From Planctomycetota bacterium (lineage in GTDB: Bacteria > Planctomycetota > Brocadiia > Brocadiales > Bathyanammoxibiaceae): a DNA stretch of 63,752 bases. The position numbers were made by a program, and so were the translations under genes. Under the pieces are notes generated by a model. That model did not search any database. It was not told the DNA's origin and saw only the letters and a list, made by a program, of their open reading frames with translations. The stretch is from the NCBI GenBank assembly GCA_023261505.1, contig JAHFOV010000004.1:1-63752 (forward strand), in the 5' to 3' direction. Positions 38,233 through 49,527 of this stretch are shown one piece after another. How positions within the stretch are numbered: the first letter of the stretch is position 1; each line of letters starts with the position of its first letter.

Positions 38233-38259
38233 TGGTTTTTTCCCTTTCCTTGGGATTAT

Positions 38260-39042
38260 CTAGAGGAGCTTTTTCTTTGCATACCTCACAGCATTCAGGA
38301 ACAACCGCAATCCATCTGGCTCTTTATCTAATCCGTTTCTGGCCCAGCTTGGGTGCTGATAGGGCTCTACGTAACGTTCAGGGTGGGGCATCATACCCAG
38401 TATTCTCCCCGTAGAGTCACAAATTCCTGCAATATCCTCCACAGATCCATTGGGATTGTGGGGGTATCCTGCTCTTTCTCCCTTTTCATCCACATACCTG
38501 AAGACTATCTGGGCAGAGTCCTTTAGCCTTTGGATGGTTGCATCGTCCCGGGGTACAAATTTTCCTTCCCCATGGGCAACCGGCAGATATAGCAACTCCC
38601 CTTCCTCTACATAGACTGACTTACTTGAACACACCCTAATATGCACCCAGCGGTCCTCAAACCTATTAGAGTCATTAAACGTTAGGGTAGCCTTTGGCAG
38701 GTGGTTTTCGTTAGCAGGCAACAGCCTGCTTTTCACAAGAGCCTGAAAACCATTGCATATGCCAATTACCAGCTTCCCTTCCTGAAGGAAATCTTCCAAT
38801 GCCTCAGCAAGGTGAAAGCGGAGGATATTAGCCAATATCTTTCCCGCTGAGATGTCATCTCCATAAGTAAAGCCTCCTGGTAATACTAGGATCTGATAAT
38901 CTTTAAGGAGGCCTCTGTCCCCCAGAAGTTTATGCACGTGGAATCGTTGAGCCTCTGCCCCAGCCTTTTTCAGGGCATATTCTGTCTCCCAATCACAATT
39001 AGTCCCAGCTGTACGGAGGACCAGGGCCTTTACCTTCGCCAT
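38260..39042 (-). CDS. purQ: FGAM synthase glutaminase subunit
   Basis: GTNCD, LPGGFTYGD, GICNGFQ, HGEG, NPNGS and MMPHPER. Confidence 0.97.
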   Translation of the reverse strand: MAKVKALVLRTAGTNCDWETEYALKKAGAEAQRFHVHKLLGDRGLLKDYQILVLPGGFTYGDDISAGKILANILRFHLAEALEDFLQEGKLVIGICNGFQALVKSRLLPANENHLPKATLTFNDSNRFEDRWVHIRVCSSKSVYVEEGELLYLPVAHGEGKFVPRDDATIQRLKDSAQIVFRYVDEKGERAGYPHNPNGSVEDIAGICDSTGRILGMMPHPERYVEPYQHPSWARNGLDKEPDGLRLFLNAVRYAKKKLL

Positions 39043-39164
39043 TAAAGCTCTCTAACTTCTCTCTTACAACCTTACAATAGTACACTATAATAGGTAAAAG
39101 CACGTTTGTAAACATTTTTTAGGCAAAAACCAATAAGTAGTAGCAAGTTTTAAACCTGTCCCTA

Positions 39165-40889
39165 CTAGAAAAGGCCCACTACTTTTCCCGTCGCCAGGTC
39201 TATATCAACCAACTCACCTGCAGGCTTGGAGGGTAGCCCTGGCATCGTTCTCATTGTCCCTAAAAGGGGATAAAGGAATCCTGCGCCCACGGAGGCCCTG
39301 AGATCTCTTACAGGTACTCTGAAGCCCCTGGGCCGTCCTCTCAGGGATGGGTCGTGCGAGAGCGAAAGGTGGGTCTTAGCCATGCATATGGGGACTTTAT
39401 CCACACCCCACTTCGTGTAGCGCTCTATCTTTTCCCTAGCAGCGGGCATGACATCAATTCCATCGGCTCCGTACATCTTGGTAGCGATAATTTCTATCTT
39501 TTCCTCGATGCTTGCCTCTAGGGGATAGAGGAACATGAACCTAGAAGGCTTATTTGCTGCAGCTACCACGGCCTCGGCCAATTCCTCTGCCCCTATTCCT
39601 CCCCTGGCCCAGTGGTTAGATTCTACTGCATCCTCTGCCCCATATTCCACTGCAATTGCCTTTATGGCCTCTATTTCCGCCCTGGTATCCGCTTCAAAGG
39701 CGTTAATAGCCACTACTACGGGGATACCATAAAGCTTCATGTTTTCTATCATCTTTACCAGGTTCTGGCAACCCTTCTCTACTGCTGGGACGTTCTCTCT
39801 CTGAAGTTCATCAGGAAGAGGTTTGCCTGCTACTACGTTACCCACTCCGCCATGCATCTTTAAGGCCCTAACTGTGGCTACTATAACGGCACAATTAGGA
39901 CTTAAGCCTGAGTAACGACATTTTATATTCATGAATTTTTCAGCACCCATGTCGGCACCAAAGCCGCTCTCTGTCACTACATAATCGGCACACTTCAGGG
40001 CTATCTGGTCAGCCACAATAGAGCTATTTCCATGAGCTATATTGCCAAATGGTCCAGCATGTACAAAAGCTGGTGTATTTTCCAACGTCTGCAGGAGGTT
40101 GGGCTTGATGGCATCCCTGAGTAGAACAGTCATAGCACCTGCACACTTCAGGTCTTCCGCTGTAACAGGTTTACCGTCTTTGGTACTTCCAATTATTATT
40201 CTTCCCAGCCTTTTTCTGAGGTCCTGAAGGCTGGTGGCCAGGGCTAGGATGGCCATAACTTCTGAAGCCACAGCGATATCAAAGCCTGTTTCCCTTGGTA
40301 CTCCATTATCTTTTCCTCCAAGGCCGATGACTATGTTCCTTAGCGCCCTATCGCTAATGTCAAGCACCCTTGGCCAGGTGATGCTAAAGGGGTCTATTCC
40401 CATCTTGTTTCCATGTTGAAGCTGGTTGTCAATAAAGGCCGCCATGAGGTTGTGGGCCGCTGAAACAGCATGGGTATCGCCGGTGAGGTGGAGGTTAAAG
40501 TCCTCCATAGGTACTATCTGAGAATAACCTCCGCCGGCTGCACCGCCTTTTATGCCGAAGACTGGCCCCAGAGAGGGCTGCCTGATGGTTATGACGGCTT
40601 TCTTGCCTAACCGACAAAGGCCCATGCCCACGCCTACTGTAGTGGTAGTCTTCCCTTCTCCAAGGGGAGTAGGGGTAATGGCGGTTACTACTATATATTT
40701 CCCATTAGGAACGTTTTTCAGTCTTTCCAGAATACCTAGAGAGACCTTTGCCTTGTATCGACCATACAACTCTAACTCGTCTTCCCTAATACCCAAAGAC
40801 TCTGCAATCTCCTGGATATGTTTCAGTGTTGCTGCCTGTGCTATCTCAATGTCGCTCGGGATTTTCTTTGCTGTTATTACCTGTGCCAT
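39165..40889 (-). CDS. fhs: Formate-tetrahydrofolate ligase
   Basis: [44 protein letters not shown] and TMPGLP. Confidence 0.98.
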   Translation of the reverse strand: MAQVITAKKIPSDIEIAQAATLKHIQEIAESLGIREDELELYGRYKAKVSLGILERLKNVPNGKYIVVTAITPTPLGEGKTTTTVGVGMGLCRLGKKAVITIRQPSLGPVFGIKGGAAGGGYSQIVPMEDFNLHLTGDTHAVSAAHNLMAAFIDNQLQHGNKMGIDPFSITWPRVLDISDRALRNIVIGLGGKDNGVPRETGFDIAVASEVMAILALATSLQDLRKRLGRIIIGSTKDGKPVTAEDLKCAGAMTVLLRDAIKPNLLQTLENTPAFVHAGPFGNIAHGNSSIVADQIALKCADYVVTESGFGADMGAEKFMNIKCRYSGLSPNCAVIVATVRALKMHGGVGNVVAGKPLPDELQRENVPAVEKGCQNLVKMIENMKLYGIPVVVAINAFEADTRAEIEAIKAIAVEYGAEDAVESNHWARGGIGAEELAEAVVAAANKPSRFMFLYPLEASIEEKIEIIATKMYGADGIDVMPAAREKIERYTKWGVDKVPICMAKTHLSLSHDPSLRGRPRGFRVPVRDLRASVGAGFLYPLLGTMRTMPGLPSKPAGELVDIDLATGKVVGLF

Positions 40890-41009
40890 CTTCTTATCTC
40901 CATCGTTTAATGGTTTACACCGGAACAGGCCAATATTAATCTATAAGCCTATCCCCGGCTTGAAATGCACCTAATCCACTTTACGAAGACTGCATCAAAA
41001 AACCTGAAT

Positions 41010-43913
41010 CTATCCGCCTAAGGCTGATAAAGGGGCCTGCCAGGCTTCCTTCAGGTTGTAGATGTTCTCATGTACTAACGTCCTGTGATACCTATCTTTG
41101 ATAACAAAGGTGGTCTCTTTTTTCACCCTGCCTAGGAGACCGTATGGGATACCTTTTAGAGTCTTTTCAAAGGCACTTGCCATCTGAGGCCTTACCTCTA
41201 CAAGAAAACGGGAGTTAGACTCGGAGAAGAGCAGTACATCATCTCTATTAATCCTTCCATCTGCCGGCACTTTTTCAAGGCTTAACTCCATGCCCAAACC
41301 CCCTGCAAAACTCATTTCAGCTGCGGCCACCGCTAGCCCCCCTTCAGAACAATCGTGGCAGGCCCTTACCAGGCCCTTCCTGGTAGCCCTGGAAAGGGCC
41401 TCCATCGTCTTCTTCGCCCAGTGAGTATCCACTTCCGGGACACTGCTGCCAACGTAGCCGTGAATGAAGTAGTGGTGAGAACCACCAAGTTCCTTCTTGG
41501 TTAGCCCAACAATATATATAAGATCGCCCGGCTCCTTTGCATCCATAGTGACTGCCTTCCTGACATCCTCTATTACCGCCATAGCAGAAATAAGGAGCGT
41601 GGGCGGTATGTTCATAGTGGTATCATCCATGCGAAATTCGTTGTTGAGGCTATCCTTGCCTGATATGAACGGTGTACCAAAATAAAGGGCCATATGATAA
41701 CAAGCCAAGGCCGCTCTGACTAGCCCCCCCAGTTGTTCGGGTATGTTTGTATTTCCCCAGCAAAAGTTATCAAGTAGGGCCACCCTCTCTAGGTCACCTC
41801 CTACAGAGATTATCTGTCTTAGGGCCTCGTCTATTGCTGAGGCTGCCATATGGTAAGGGTCAATATCTCCATACTTTGGGTTCATGCCACAGGAGACTAT
41901 AATACCTTTGTGAGAGCCCAGGACGGGTGTCGCCACGGATGCGTCCCCTGGGCCATCATGGGCTATTCCTTGCAGGGGTTTAAGAACACAACCCCCCTGA
42001 ACCTCGTGGTCATACTGTCTTATGACCCACTCTTTACTGCACACATTCCACGAGGAAAGGATTCTTTTAAGGTCTTCCGTATAGTCCCTCTTTTTGGGAA
42101 GGTCAGGTTCGGGGTAATTGGGTAAGACCCAATTTGCCTTTTTCATTGGGCGGGGGAGACCCTTATGGAGAAAGTTCATATCTAGCTCTCCAACCTCTTG
42201 TCCCTGATACATCAGGCGAAGTCTTTTGTCGTCGGTGAACCTGCCGATTACAGTAGCTTCTACATCCTCAGAATGGAAGAGTTTTATAATTTCTTCTATG
42301 TGCTTTGAAGGTACTGCCAGTACCATCCTCTCTTGAGATTCTGAGAGCCATATCTCCCAGTACGAAAGGCCACTATATTTGAGGGGTACCTTTTCTAGGT
42401 CAACCTCTGCCCCGGTACCCTTTCCCATCTCTCCAACGGCAGAGGATAACCCTCCTGCCCCACAGTCAGTAATAGAATTGTACAGGCCTTTGTCTCTTGC
42501 TACCAAAAGTACGTCAAGAAGTTTTTTTTCTGTGATAGGGTTACCAATCTGGACGGCACCTCCCGAAAGCGCCTTTGAGTCCTCAGTGAGTTGCGAAGAG
42601 GAAAAGGTCGCCCCGTGAAGTCCATCCCGGCCCGTTCTGCCACCCACCAGAAGGATAGCATCTCCAGGCTTTACTCTCTTTTTACACCGATTACTGGGTA
42701 TGAGCCCCACGGTACCACAGAAAACAAGGGGATTGGCCACATAGCGGTCGTCAAAGTATATGGCGCCATTGACTGTAGGGATGCCCATGCGGTTGCCGTA
42801 GTCTGCCACACCATGCACAACTCCCTTAAATATTCTTTTTGGGTGGAGTACTCCTTTAGGCAGGTGGCTATAGGGGAGGTCCGGTCGGGCAAAACAAAAT
42901 ACGTCTGTATTAAGGATGGGTTTGGCCCCGAGCCCGCAGCCCAGTATGTCACGGATAACGCCTCCTACCCCTGTGTTTGCCCCGCCGTAAGGCTCCAGGG
43001 CCGAGGGATGATTGTGGGTCTCTACCTTAAAGCAGAGGTTATTATCCCTGTCAAATTCTACGATGCCAGCATTGTCTGTGAATACACTCACACACCAAGG
43101 CTTTTTAAGCTCCCTGGTAGCCCGCATTATTGTACTCTCAAGAAGGTTATCTATAACTTCTACAACCTCTCCTTTGTCTTCTATATGTCCCTTACGGTAT
43201 TCAATACGGCCCTTAAGTGTCTTGTGCATGCAGTGTTCTGACCAGGTCTGGGCCAAGGTCTCTAGCTCTATATCTGTAGGCTCTCTGTCTATTCGCTGAT
43301 AATAGGATTGGATAGCCTGCATTTCCTCAAGGTTGAGGGCCAACTGCCTCTGGCCACTAATTTCCAGAAGTCTTTCTGGGCTGGCCTCTCTTATAGGGAT
43401 AGAAACCTTATTAAAAGCATAGGAAGAAGCTTTTCTTTCATAAGGAACACTATCTGTTTCGAGGAATACATCTTCAATAGTATTGTTTGCCAGTATCTTG
43501 CTAGCAATAGTCTCCAGTTCTTCCCTAGTGAGTTCACCCTGGATAAGGTACTTCCTGGCCCTCTTTACCCAGTCTACTTTTATGCCCATATCCGCAATCC
43601 CCTCAAGGGTAGTAGCTTCTACAGGATCCATTACCCCTGGCTTCCTAACCACTTCAATGACGTGGCACTGCGTGCCTTTTCTCTGTGGGAGATGTGAATC
43701 ATAAGCATAATCCTGGACTACAGTGTCGGCAAGAAGTTCTGAACATATTTTTTCTAATTGATCTTTGGAGAGAGAGCCTTCCAGGAGATATACTTCCACC
43801 ACCCTAACCTCCCGTACCCCTTTTATGCCCAGAGCTTGTACCTCTGATAGGATGGCCTCTCCCAGGCGGTCGGGAAGGTTTTCTTTCTGGAAGACTTCAA
43901 TCCTTACTGGCAT
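41010..43913 (-). CDS. purL: FGAM synthase PurL (with N-terminal PurS-like repeats)
   Basis: QTWSEHC.HK, ETHNHPSA.EPYGGA, DCGAGG, SESQERM and ISGKDSLNNE; likely start MPVRIEV. Confidence 0.96.
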   Translation of the reverse strand: MPVRIEVFQKENLPDRLGEAILSEVQALGIKGVREVRVVEVYLLEGSLSKDQLEKICSELLADTVVQDYAYDSHLPQRKGTQCHVIEVVRKPGVMDPVEATTLEGIADMGIKVDWVKRARKYLIQGELTREELETIASKILANNTIEDVFLETDSVPYERKASSYAFNKVSIPIREASPERLLEISGQRQLALNLEEMQAIQSYYQRIDREPTDIELETLAQTWSEHCMHKTLKGRIEYRKGHIEDKGEVVEVIDNLLESTIMRATRELKKPWCVSVFTDNAGIVEFDRDNNLCFKVETHNHPSALEPYGGANTGVGGVIRDILGCGLGAKPILNTDVFCFARPDLPYSHLPKGVLHPKRIFKGVVHGVADYGNRMGIPTVNGAIYFDDRYVANPLVFCGTVGLIPSNRCKKRVKPGDAILLVGGRTGRDGLHGATFSSSQLTEDSKALSGGAVQIGNPITEKKLLDVLLVARDKGLYNSITDCGAGGLSSAVGEMGKGTGAEVDLEKVPLKYSGLSYWEIWLSESQERMVLAVPSKHIEEIIKLFHSEDVEATVIGRFTDDKRLRLMYQGQEVGELDMNFLHKGLPRPMKKANWVLPNYPEPDLPKKRDYTEDLKRILSSWNVCSKEWVIRQYDHEVQGGCVLKPLQGIAHDGPGDASVATPVLGSHKGIIVSCGMNPKYGDIDPYHMAASAIDEALRQIISVGGDLERVALLDNFCWGNTNIPEQLGGLVRAALACYHMALYFGTPFISGKDSLNNEFRMDDTTMNIPPTLLISAMAVIEDVRKAVTMDAKEPGDLIYIVGLTKKELGGSHHYFIHGYVGSSVPEVDTHWAKKTMEALSRATRKGLVRACHDCSEGGLAVAAAEMSFAGGLGMELSLEKVPADGRINRDDVLLFSESNSRFLVEVRPQMASAFEKTLKGIPYGLLGRVKKETTFVIKDRYHRTLVHENIYNLKEAWQAPLSALGG

Positions 43914-44820
43914 AGGATTTATTATCAGGTAGACTGTCCCGGATATTCTTGGCCCTCTTAAGTCGTGCAAAAAGCTGTTTAGAGTCTTTTTTGAGGAGTG
44001 CCTTTTTAATCAAATCTATCTCTTCCTGAAAATCTGTAATGGCCTCTAAAAGGGCCTCTCTGTTTTGGAGGTGTATTTCTTGCCAAAGTGTAGGCTCACT
44101 TGAGGCAATCCTTGTAGTGTCTTTGAACCCCCTGGCAGTGAAGTTTTTTTGGCCTGGTCGTAAGACGTTCACGAGAGAAGCCGCTACCAGTTGCGGGAGG
44201 TGACTTATGAAGGCCATTATTAAATCGTGTTCTTCCGGGGAGAGAAACTTGACCTTTGCCCCAAGGGCTTCCCACATACCTTTTATTATGTCCCTGGCCC
44301 GCCGGCTTTCTCTGGAGTTGTTAGCCTGCCCATTCCCTCTGACAGGCGTAAGGATACAAAGTGCCCCTTGAAAAAGGTCTGGCTGAGCGGCCTCTATACC
44401 TCTTTGCTCAGACCCTGCTAAGGGATGGCCTCCAATAAATTTCACATCTTTTTGGCATTGTAGGGGCAATTCATGAATTGCCCCTAGAATTTTCTTTACG
44501 ATATAACTTTTTGTGCTACCCACATCCGTAAGGATAGCAGAGTTTTTCATCCAAGGTATTACCCTCTCGGCCATCGAAGGGATAAGTTCTACTGAGGTAC
44601 ATAAGATTACCACATCTGCCTCCCTTACACCTTCTTTTAGGTCTTTGGTGGCCTGGTCTATAGCACACATCTCTAGAGCTTTCTCCAGGGAAGATTCTCT
44701 GTGCCCTACTCCTATGACCTTCTTCGCTAGGTTATGCCCCTTCAGGCCAAGACCAATAGACCCACCTATAAGACCAGGGCCAATTATAGATACTGTTCCA
44801 AGGCTTCGTATCTTTTGCAT
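43897..44820 (-). CDS. tyrA: Prephenate dehydrogenase
   Basis: GPGLIGGS, TDVGSTK, GGHPLAGSE, EHD...ISHLPQ and GFKDTTRIASS. Confidence 0.93.
   Translation of the reverse strand: MQKIRSLGTVSIIGPGLIGGSIGLGLKGHNLAKKVIGVGHRESSLEKALEMCAIDQATKDLKEGVREADVVILCTSVELIPSMAERVIPWMKNSAILTDVGSTKSYIVKKILGAIHELPLQCQKDVKFIGGHPLAGSEQRGIEAAQPDLFQGALCILTPVRGNGQANNSRESRRARDIIKGMWEALGAKVKFLSPEEHDLIMAFISHLPQLVAASLVNVLRPGQKNFTARGFKDTTRIASSEPTLWQEIHLQNREALLEAITDFQEEIDLIKKALLKKDSKQLFARLKRAKNIRDSLPDNKSYASKD
44461..44486. repeat. Perfect 26-bp REP-like palindrome inside tyrA
   Basis: TAGGGGCAATTCATGAATTGCCCCTA; encodes LGAIHELPLQ in frame. Confidence 0.9.
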
Positions 44821-45006
44821 TTAGAGCTGGGATAATAAGCTCTTATATAGAAAAAGTAATTAGTAACAAGTCCTTACTTATACAATATTTAGGAGGTGTT
44901 GTCAATGGCTGAAAACGAAAACACAAAATGATGATGTATTGAAAAATAACTCCAAAGGAAATATCATGGGACACACCATTTTTAGCGGAAAGGAGTCCAT
45001 CCCAAC

Positions 45007-45930
45007 ATGAACCAAACTTGGCGCTTGTGGCTAGTTATCCTTTTCTTAATACCTGCACTCTCTATATCCAGAGGGAGTTTGGGGGAGGGGAAATATCGGG
45101 TACTCTTCGACGCTGGACATGCCGAGAGCGCAGGTAGACATGCAGATTGGATAATAGACGACGATATTCCAGAACCCATGCCAAAGAACCCAAAGTCCCC
45201 AGAGGAGTGGTCAGGTGGCATTTCCTCCTGGGGTTACGATCTTTATAAAACTGGAAGATGCGAGGTAGAAAGTACTGACAAGCCATTAACCTTTTTAAAC
45301 TCGCACAATCCACAGGACTTGTCTAAATTTGACGTCCTTATCCTCTGTGAACCCAATAAGGACTTTGACCCTTCGGAACGTCAGGCTATCATAGCCTTTG
45401 TCAAAGAAGGTGGAGGGCTTTTTCTCGTAGCCGACCACTTTGGTTCTGACAGAAATAACGACGGGATAGATTCCACAGGAATCTTTGATAAACTTGAGAA
45501 AGAGACTGGAATACACTTTCAAGGAAAGGGGGAGCGCAATGCCTCGCTCAAAGGAGGGCATTCCACCTCTAACTTTTGTTCGTTTACCGATAGAGAAGAC
45601 AATCCCATCTTCCAGGGTCCCTTCGGGGCAGTAAGAAAGGCATACCTAAATGGCTTTGGAACAATAAGGACTTTGAAAAATTTTAATGGTACGGTACAAG
45701 GGCATGTATGGATGAACGGTTCCACCCAGGGGGAACAGGATATTATCTTTGTTACCTCTAGATTAGGCCAAGGGAAAATAGCCGCTCTTTCCGACAGCTC
45801 CCCAGCCGACGATGGCACCACACGTACCCCTGGTAAACAACTTTACAATGGATGGCATGCGGCAGGAGCTCAGAATAATTCCCTAATCCTTAATACAACA
45901 GACTTCCTTGCAAAGCATGGAAAGGAGTAA
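45007..45930 (+). CDS. Secreted class-I GATase-like (DUF4350/GIFT-type) domain protein
   Basis: Signal peptide; VLFDAGH.E.AG.ADW.ID, DVLILCEPN, FV.EGGGLFL.ADH and DSSP.DDG. Confidence 0.6.
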   Translation: MNQTWRLWLVILFLIPALSISRGSLGEGKYRVLFDAGHAESAGRHADWIIDDDIPEPMPKNPKSPEEWSGGISSWGYDLYKTGRCEVESTDKPLTFLNSHNPQDLSKFDVLILCEPNKDFDPSERQAIIAFVKEGGGLFLVADHFGSDRNNDGIDSTGIFDKLEKETGIHFQGKGERNASLKGGHSTSNFCSFTDREDNPIFQGPFGAVRKAYLNGFGTIRTLKNFNGTVQGHVWMNGSTQGEQDIIFVTSRLGQGKIAALSDSSPADDGTTRTPGKQLYNGWHAAGAQNNSLILNTTDFLAKHGKE

Positions 45931-46594
45931 AAAAGTGAAGATAAATATACAAAAGGGCCTGCTTATCCTGGCTATTTTGCTGCTCTCTTTCTCCACGCTC
46001 CTCTCAGCACAAGAGAGGCGACCAGGACGACTCTTTCCTCCTGAAAAGATACAGATTCTTGAAAAGACAAGGGAATGGCAGGATGCGAAGGAGGTGATGG
46101 ATAGATTGAGTATAAGAAAAGGTGATATTGTAGCGGACATTGGGGCAGGAGCGGGCTATTTTACACTACCATTGGCTCAGAGGGTAGGGGCTGAGGGATT
46201 GGTATACGCAGAGGACATACAGCAGGCAATGGTGGACTATCTTTCCAAAAAGGTAGAGACTCTGGAACTAAGAAACATCAAAGTAATGCTGGGAAAAGCC
46301 GATAACCCAAACCTACCTGAAAACTCGTTAAACCTTGCACTCCTGGCGAACACCTATCATGAAGTCGAAAAGCCAATGTTGCTATGGAAAGCCATTGGAA
46401 AAGAATTAAAGGCTGACGGCAGGTTGGCCATAATTGATTGGGACCCAGCGAAAGAATCCCCTATAGGCCCACCTAAGCAGGATAAAGTCCCTGAAGATAC
46501 AGTTATAAAAGAGGTAGAGGAGGCTGGGTTCCTTCTCTCAGGAAAATATGCCTTCATGCCTTACCACTATTTTCTTGTATTCAAAAAGAAATAG
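45908..46594 (+). CDS. Exported class I SAM-dependent methyltransferase
   Basis: Signal-like N-terminus; VADIGAGAGYF, YAEDI, YHE and GRLAIIDW. Confidence 0.88.
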   Translation: MQSMERSKKVKINIQKGLLILAILLLSFSTLLSAQERRPGRLFPPEKIQILEKTREWQDAKEVMDRLSIRKGDIVADIGAGAGYFTLPLAQRVGAEGLVYAEDIQQAMVDYLSKKVETLELRNIKVMLGKADNPNLPENSLNLALLANTYHEVEKPMLLWKAIGKELKADGRLAIIDWDPAKESPIGPPKQDKVPEDTVIKEVEEAGFLLSGKYAFMPYHYFLVFKKK

Positions 46595-46767
46595 GGTACA
46601 AATGCTTACGATAGCACTTTCCCACTAAGACCTCCTTTGCCACCGATTCTTAATTAACTTAGAAAGAAAATCTTAGTAATTTTGTAGAATAGGTATAATA
46701 TCTTTTTCAGGTAGCTATGCACGTCGATATGCTCTCGCATGCAAAAGGACTGCCAGACCTTATTTTT

Positions 46768-46796
46768 TTGACTTCCCCATTGACTTTTCATATAAT
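46768..46796 (+). promoter_or_regulatory. sigma70-type promoter for ftsH
   Basis: TTGACT-17-TATAAT about 70 bp upstream of the ATG. Confidence 0.65.
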
Positions 46797-46867
46797 AGCT
46801 TATGGCAGAAAGAAGTCGGAGATGTTTTCAGTTGTAAGACAAGTATAAGACACAAGTTAGAATTATC

Positions 46868-48769
46868 ATGGAAAAAAAGCCACAAAAAAAACTAAAACCT
46901 AATAAAACCACTTTTTCTATAGGTTACCTCTTCCTTTTTCTTCTGGTTATGTACGCCTTACAGATGTTGGTAACACCAAGGGCGGAAGAAATCACTTATA
47001 CCAAGTTTAAGGAATATCTCAAAAATGGAGATATAGTAGACGTAACGGTCGCTCAAAGTCTTATCAAAGGGCATTATAGAAAACCGTCTGCCGAGGGGGT
47101 AGGCTTTGAAGAGGTTGCCTTTTCTACAGTAGCGGTTCAGGATCCTAAGCTAGTAGACGAGCTTGAGTCAAGGCATATAAACTTCAAAGGAGAAACAGAC
47201 AATAATTTTTTAAAGACATTTCTCATGTGGTGGTTTTTCCCACTTACCATGATGGCCGTAGGGTGGTTCTTCCTTTTCAGGCGTATAGGTGGGGTGGGTG
47301 CACCATTTATGTCCTTTGGGAAGGCTAAGGTAAAACTATATGCCGAAAGCGATTCGGAAAAGGTAACCTTTGCCGATGTAGCTGGTTGTGACGAGGCTAA
47401 AGAGGAACTTAAAGAGATTATAGACTTCCTCAGCAATCCTGATCGGTTTCAAAAATTGGGTGGAAAGATACCCAAAGGGGTACTACTTATAGGTCCCCCT
47501 GGAACAGGCAAGACCCTACTGGCAAAGGCAGTGGCGGGCGAGGCAGGCGTGCCTTTCTTTTCCATCAGTGGTTCAGACTTCGTAGAGATGTTTGTCGGAA
47601 TGGGGGCTGCCAGGGTGCGTGACATGTTTGAACAGGCTAAAGAAAGGGCCCCTTGTATAGTCTTTATAGATGAAATAGATAGCGTAGGAAGGCAAAGGGG
47701 AACTGGCCTTGGCGGCGGGCATGATGAGAGGGAACAGACCCTTAATCAGCTCCTTGCTGAGATGGACGGTTTTTCCTCCAAGAAGGGCGTTATAATCATG
47801 GCGGCTACTAATCGTCCGGATGTTCTTGATGCCGCCCTTCTTAGACCGGGACGGTTTGACCGTCTGGTTACTGTAGATAGGCCCGACCTCCTGGGCAGAG
47901 AGGCTATCCTGAAGGTTCATGTAAAAAATGTTAAACTTGGTCTAGCCGTTGACCTTAAAGTTGTTGCCAAACGTACGCCTGGTTTTTCCGGTGCTGACCT
48001 GGCAAACGTGGTAAATGAGGCGGCCTTACTGGCGGCCAGGCGGGATAAAGAGTCAGTAGAAATGGCAGAATTTGAGGATGCCATTGACAGGGTTATTGCT
48101 GGCCCTGAGAGGAAGAGCCGTGTTATGAGCGAAGAGGAAAAAAGAACGGTGGCAGTCCATGAGTCAGGGCATGCCCTTGTTGCCGCCTTTCTACCTAATG
48201 CGGACCCTGTGCATAAGGTCTCCATCATTCCAAGAGGTACGGCGGCATTGGGCTATACCATGCAACTTCCTACGGAGGATAGGTATCTTACCTCAGAATC
48301 TGAGATACTTGACGCCTTATGTGTACTACTTGCTGGTAGGGCGGCTGAATCTTTAATCTTTGGAGAAATATCCACGGGTGCCCACAACGACCTGGAAAAG
48401 GTTACCAAACTGGCCAGGGATTTTGTCTGCAGATTTGGCATGAGCGAAAAACTAGGACCGCAAACCTTTGGGCGTCAGTCAGGAAACATTTTCTTGGGCC
48501 ACGACCTCTTACAGGAGAAAGAATATAGCGAAAATACCGCTATCCTTATAGATGAGGAGGTTTCCAGAGTCATAAGGGAATCTTACAGTAAGGCATATAA
48601 ACTCCTTTCTGATAATAGAGACAAGCTTGAGCTTCTAGCCCGCAAGCTGGAGGAAAGGGAACTTCTTGATGGTGAAGAAGTGGTGGAACTCTTAGGAGTG
48701 AGAAAGGAAAAAAAGATCCAAAGAAAACAGCCAGCTGGCCTTGCCTTATCTGAAAATCCACAAGCCTAA
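46868..48769 (+). CDS. ftsH: ATP-dependent zinc metalloprotease FtsH
   Basis: Two TM helices, [32 protein letters not shown] and HESGH. Confidence 0.98.
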   Translation: MEKKPQKKLKPNKTTFSIGYLFLFLLVMYALQMLVTPRAEEITYTKFKEYLKNGDIVDVTVAQSLIKGHYRKPSAEGVGFEEVAFSTVAVQDPKLVDELESRHINFKGETDNNFLKTFLMWWFFPLTMMAVGWFFLFRRIGGVGAPFMSFGKAKVKLYAESDSEKVTFADVAGCDEAKEELKEIIDFLSNPDRFQKLGGKIPKGVLLIGPPGTGKTLLAKAVAGEAGVPFFSISGSDFVEMFVGMGAARVRDMFEQAKERAPCIVFIDEIDSVGRQRGTGLGGGHDEREQTLNQLLAEMDGFSSKKGVIIMAATNRPDVLDAALLRPGRFDRLVTVDRPDLLGREAILKVHVKNVKLGLAVDLKVVAKRTPGFSGADLANVVNEAALLAARRDKESVEMAEFEDAIDRVIAGPERKSRVMSEEEKRTVAVHESGHALVAAFLPNADPVHKVSIIPRGTAALGYTMQLPTEDRYLTSESEILDALCVLLAGRAAESLIFGEISTGAHNDLEKVTKLARDFVCRFGMSEKLGPQTFGRQSGNIFLGHDLLQEKEYSENTAILIDEEVSRVIRESYSKAYKLLSDNRDKLELLARKLEERELLDGEEVVELLGVRKEKKIQRKQPAGLALSENPQA

Positions 48770-49113
48770 GATTTTTCCTAATACATCTTACTGTTTGCAC
48801 TTACACACTTACTTTCCTTGCAATTCCCAGTTTCTAGCCTTAAAGCATAGGGTATGAAAATATATAAAGTCCCTAAACTGGTAGCAAAGCACCAGTATGT
48901 CGTTTGCTTTAGTTGCCTTAGTGTCTCTTCCCAAACGTACCAATTACTATCCTGAACTAATCTCCGTTTCGTTAAGTACAATTTCCTTGACCTAACTGTC
49001 CACTGCAAATAAAATCATTTTTAGGAATACATGGAATGGCGTTTGGATAGCTGTTCAGCCGAAGTCGGTTACGAGTTTATCACACGCGTCTTAGTGGATT
49101 AACCGAGCCTCTA

Positions 49114-49527
49114 ATGGAATGGAAGACAAGATTTGATAGGGTTTTGGAAACTCTTGACATTTCCACGAAAGAATTTTTAGTCCTATGCATACTCTTTTCC
49201 ACCCTCTTTGCAGGGATTTTAGTAAAGTATTTTTTAGACAACCATATAGGTTTTAAAGATATAGAAATACTCCGTCAAAACCCACAGGAACTACATCTCC
49301 AATTAGACATTAACCATGCGGAATGGTATGAGCTTATGGCCCTACCCCAGATTGGGGAGAAAAGGGCTAGGGCTATTGTGGAATACCGCCAGAACTATGG
49401 GCCCTTTAGTGGTACGGAAGACCTATTAAAGATAAAAGGAATAAACCCTGGAGTTCTGGAAGAAATAAGAAGATACATAAAAGTAGGTGACATTGAAGAG
49501 AAAGAGGCATGGCAGAATTCAAATTAG
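49114..49527 (+). CDS. comEA: ComEA-like helix-hairpin-helix DNA-binding protein
   Basis: N-terminal TM; LDIN.A...L..LP.IGEKRA.AIV.YR...GPF...EDL..IKGI. Confidence 0.82.
   Translation: MEWKTRFDRVLETLDISTKEFLVLCILFSTLFAGILVKYFLDNHIGFKDIEILRQNPQELHLQLDINHAEWYELMALPQIGEKRARAIVEYRQNYGPFSGTEDLLKIKGINPGVLEEIRRYIKVGDIEEKEAWQNSN

Noticed and set aside
46768-46790. TTGACTT direct repeat upstream of ftsH as a CtsR/HrcA-type operator
   Set aside because: The spacing does not fit the CtsR heptad repeat and no CIRCE is present. It is better explained as the -35 box plus a chance copy.
48778-49008. 76-aa minus-strand ORF between ftsH and comEA
   Set aside because: TTG start with no clear SD and no recognisable motif. 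It could be real or debris, but I cannot support it.
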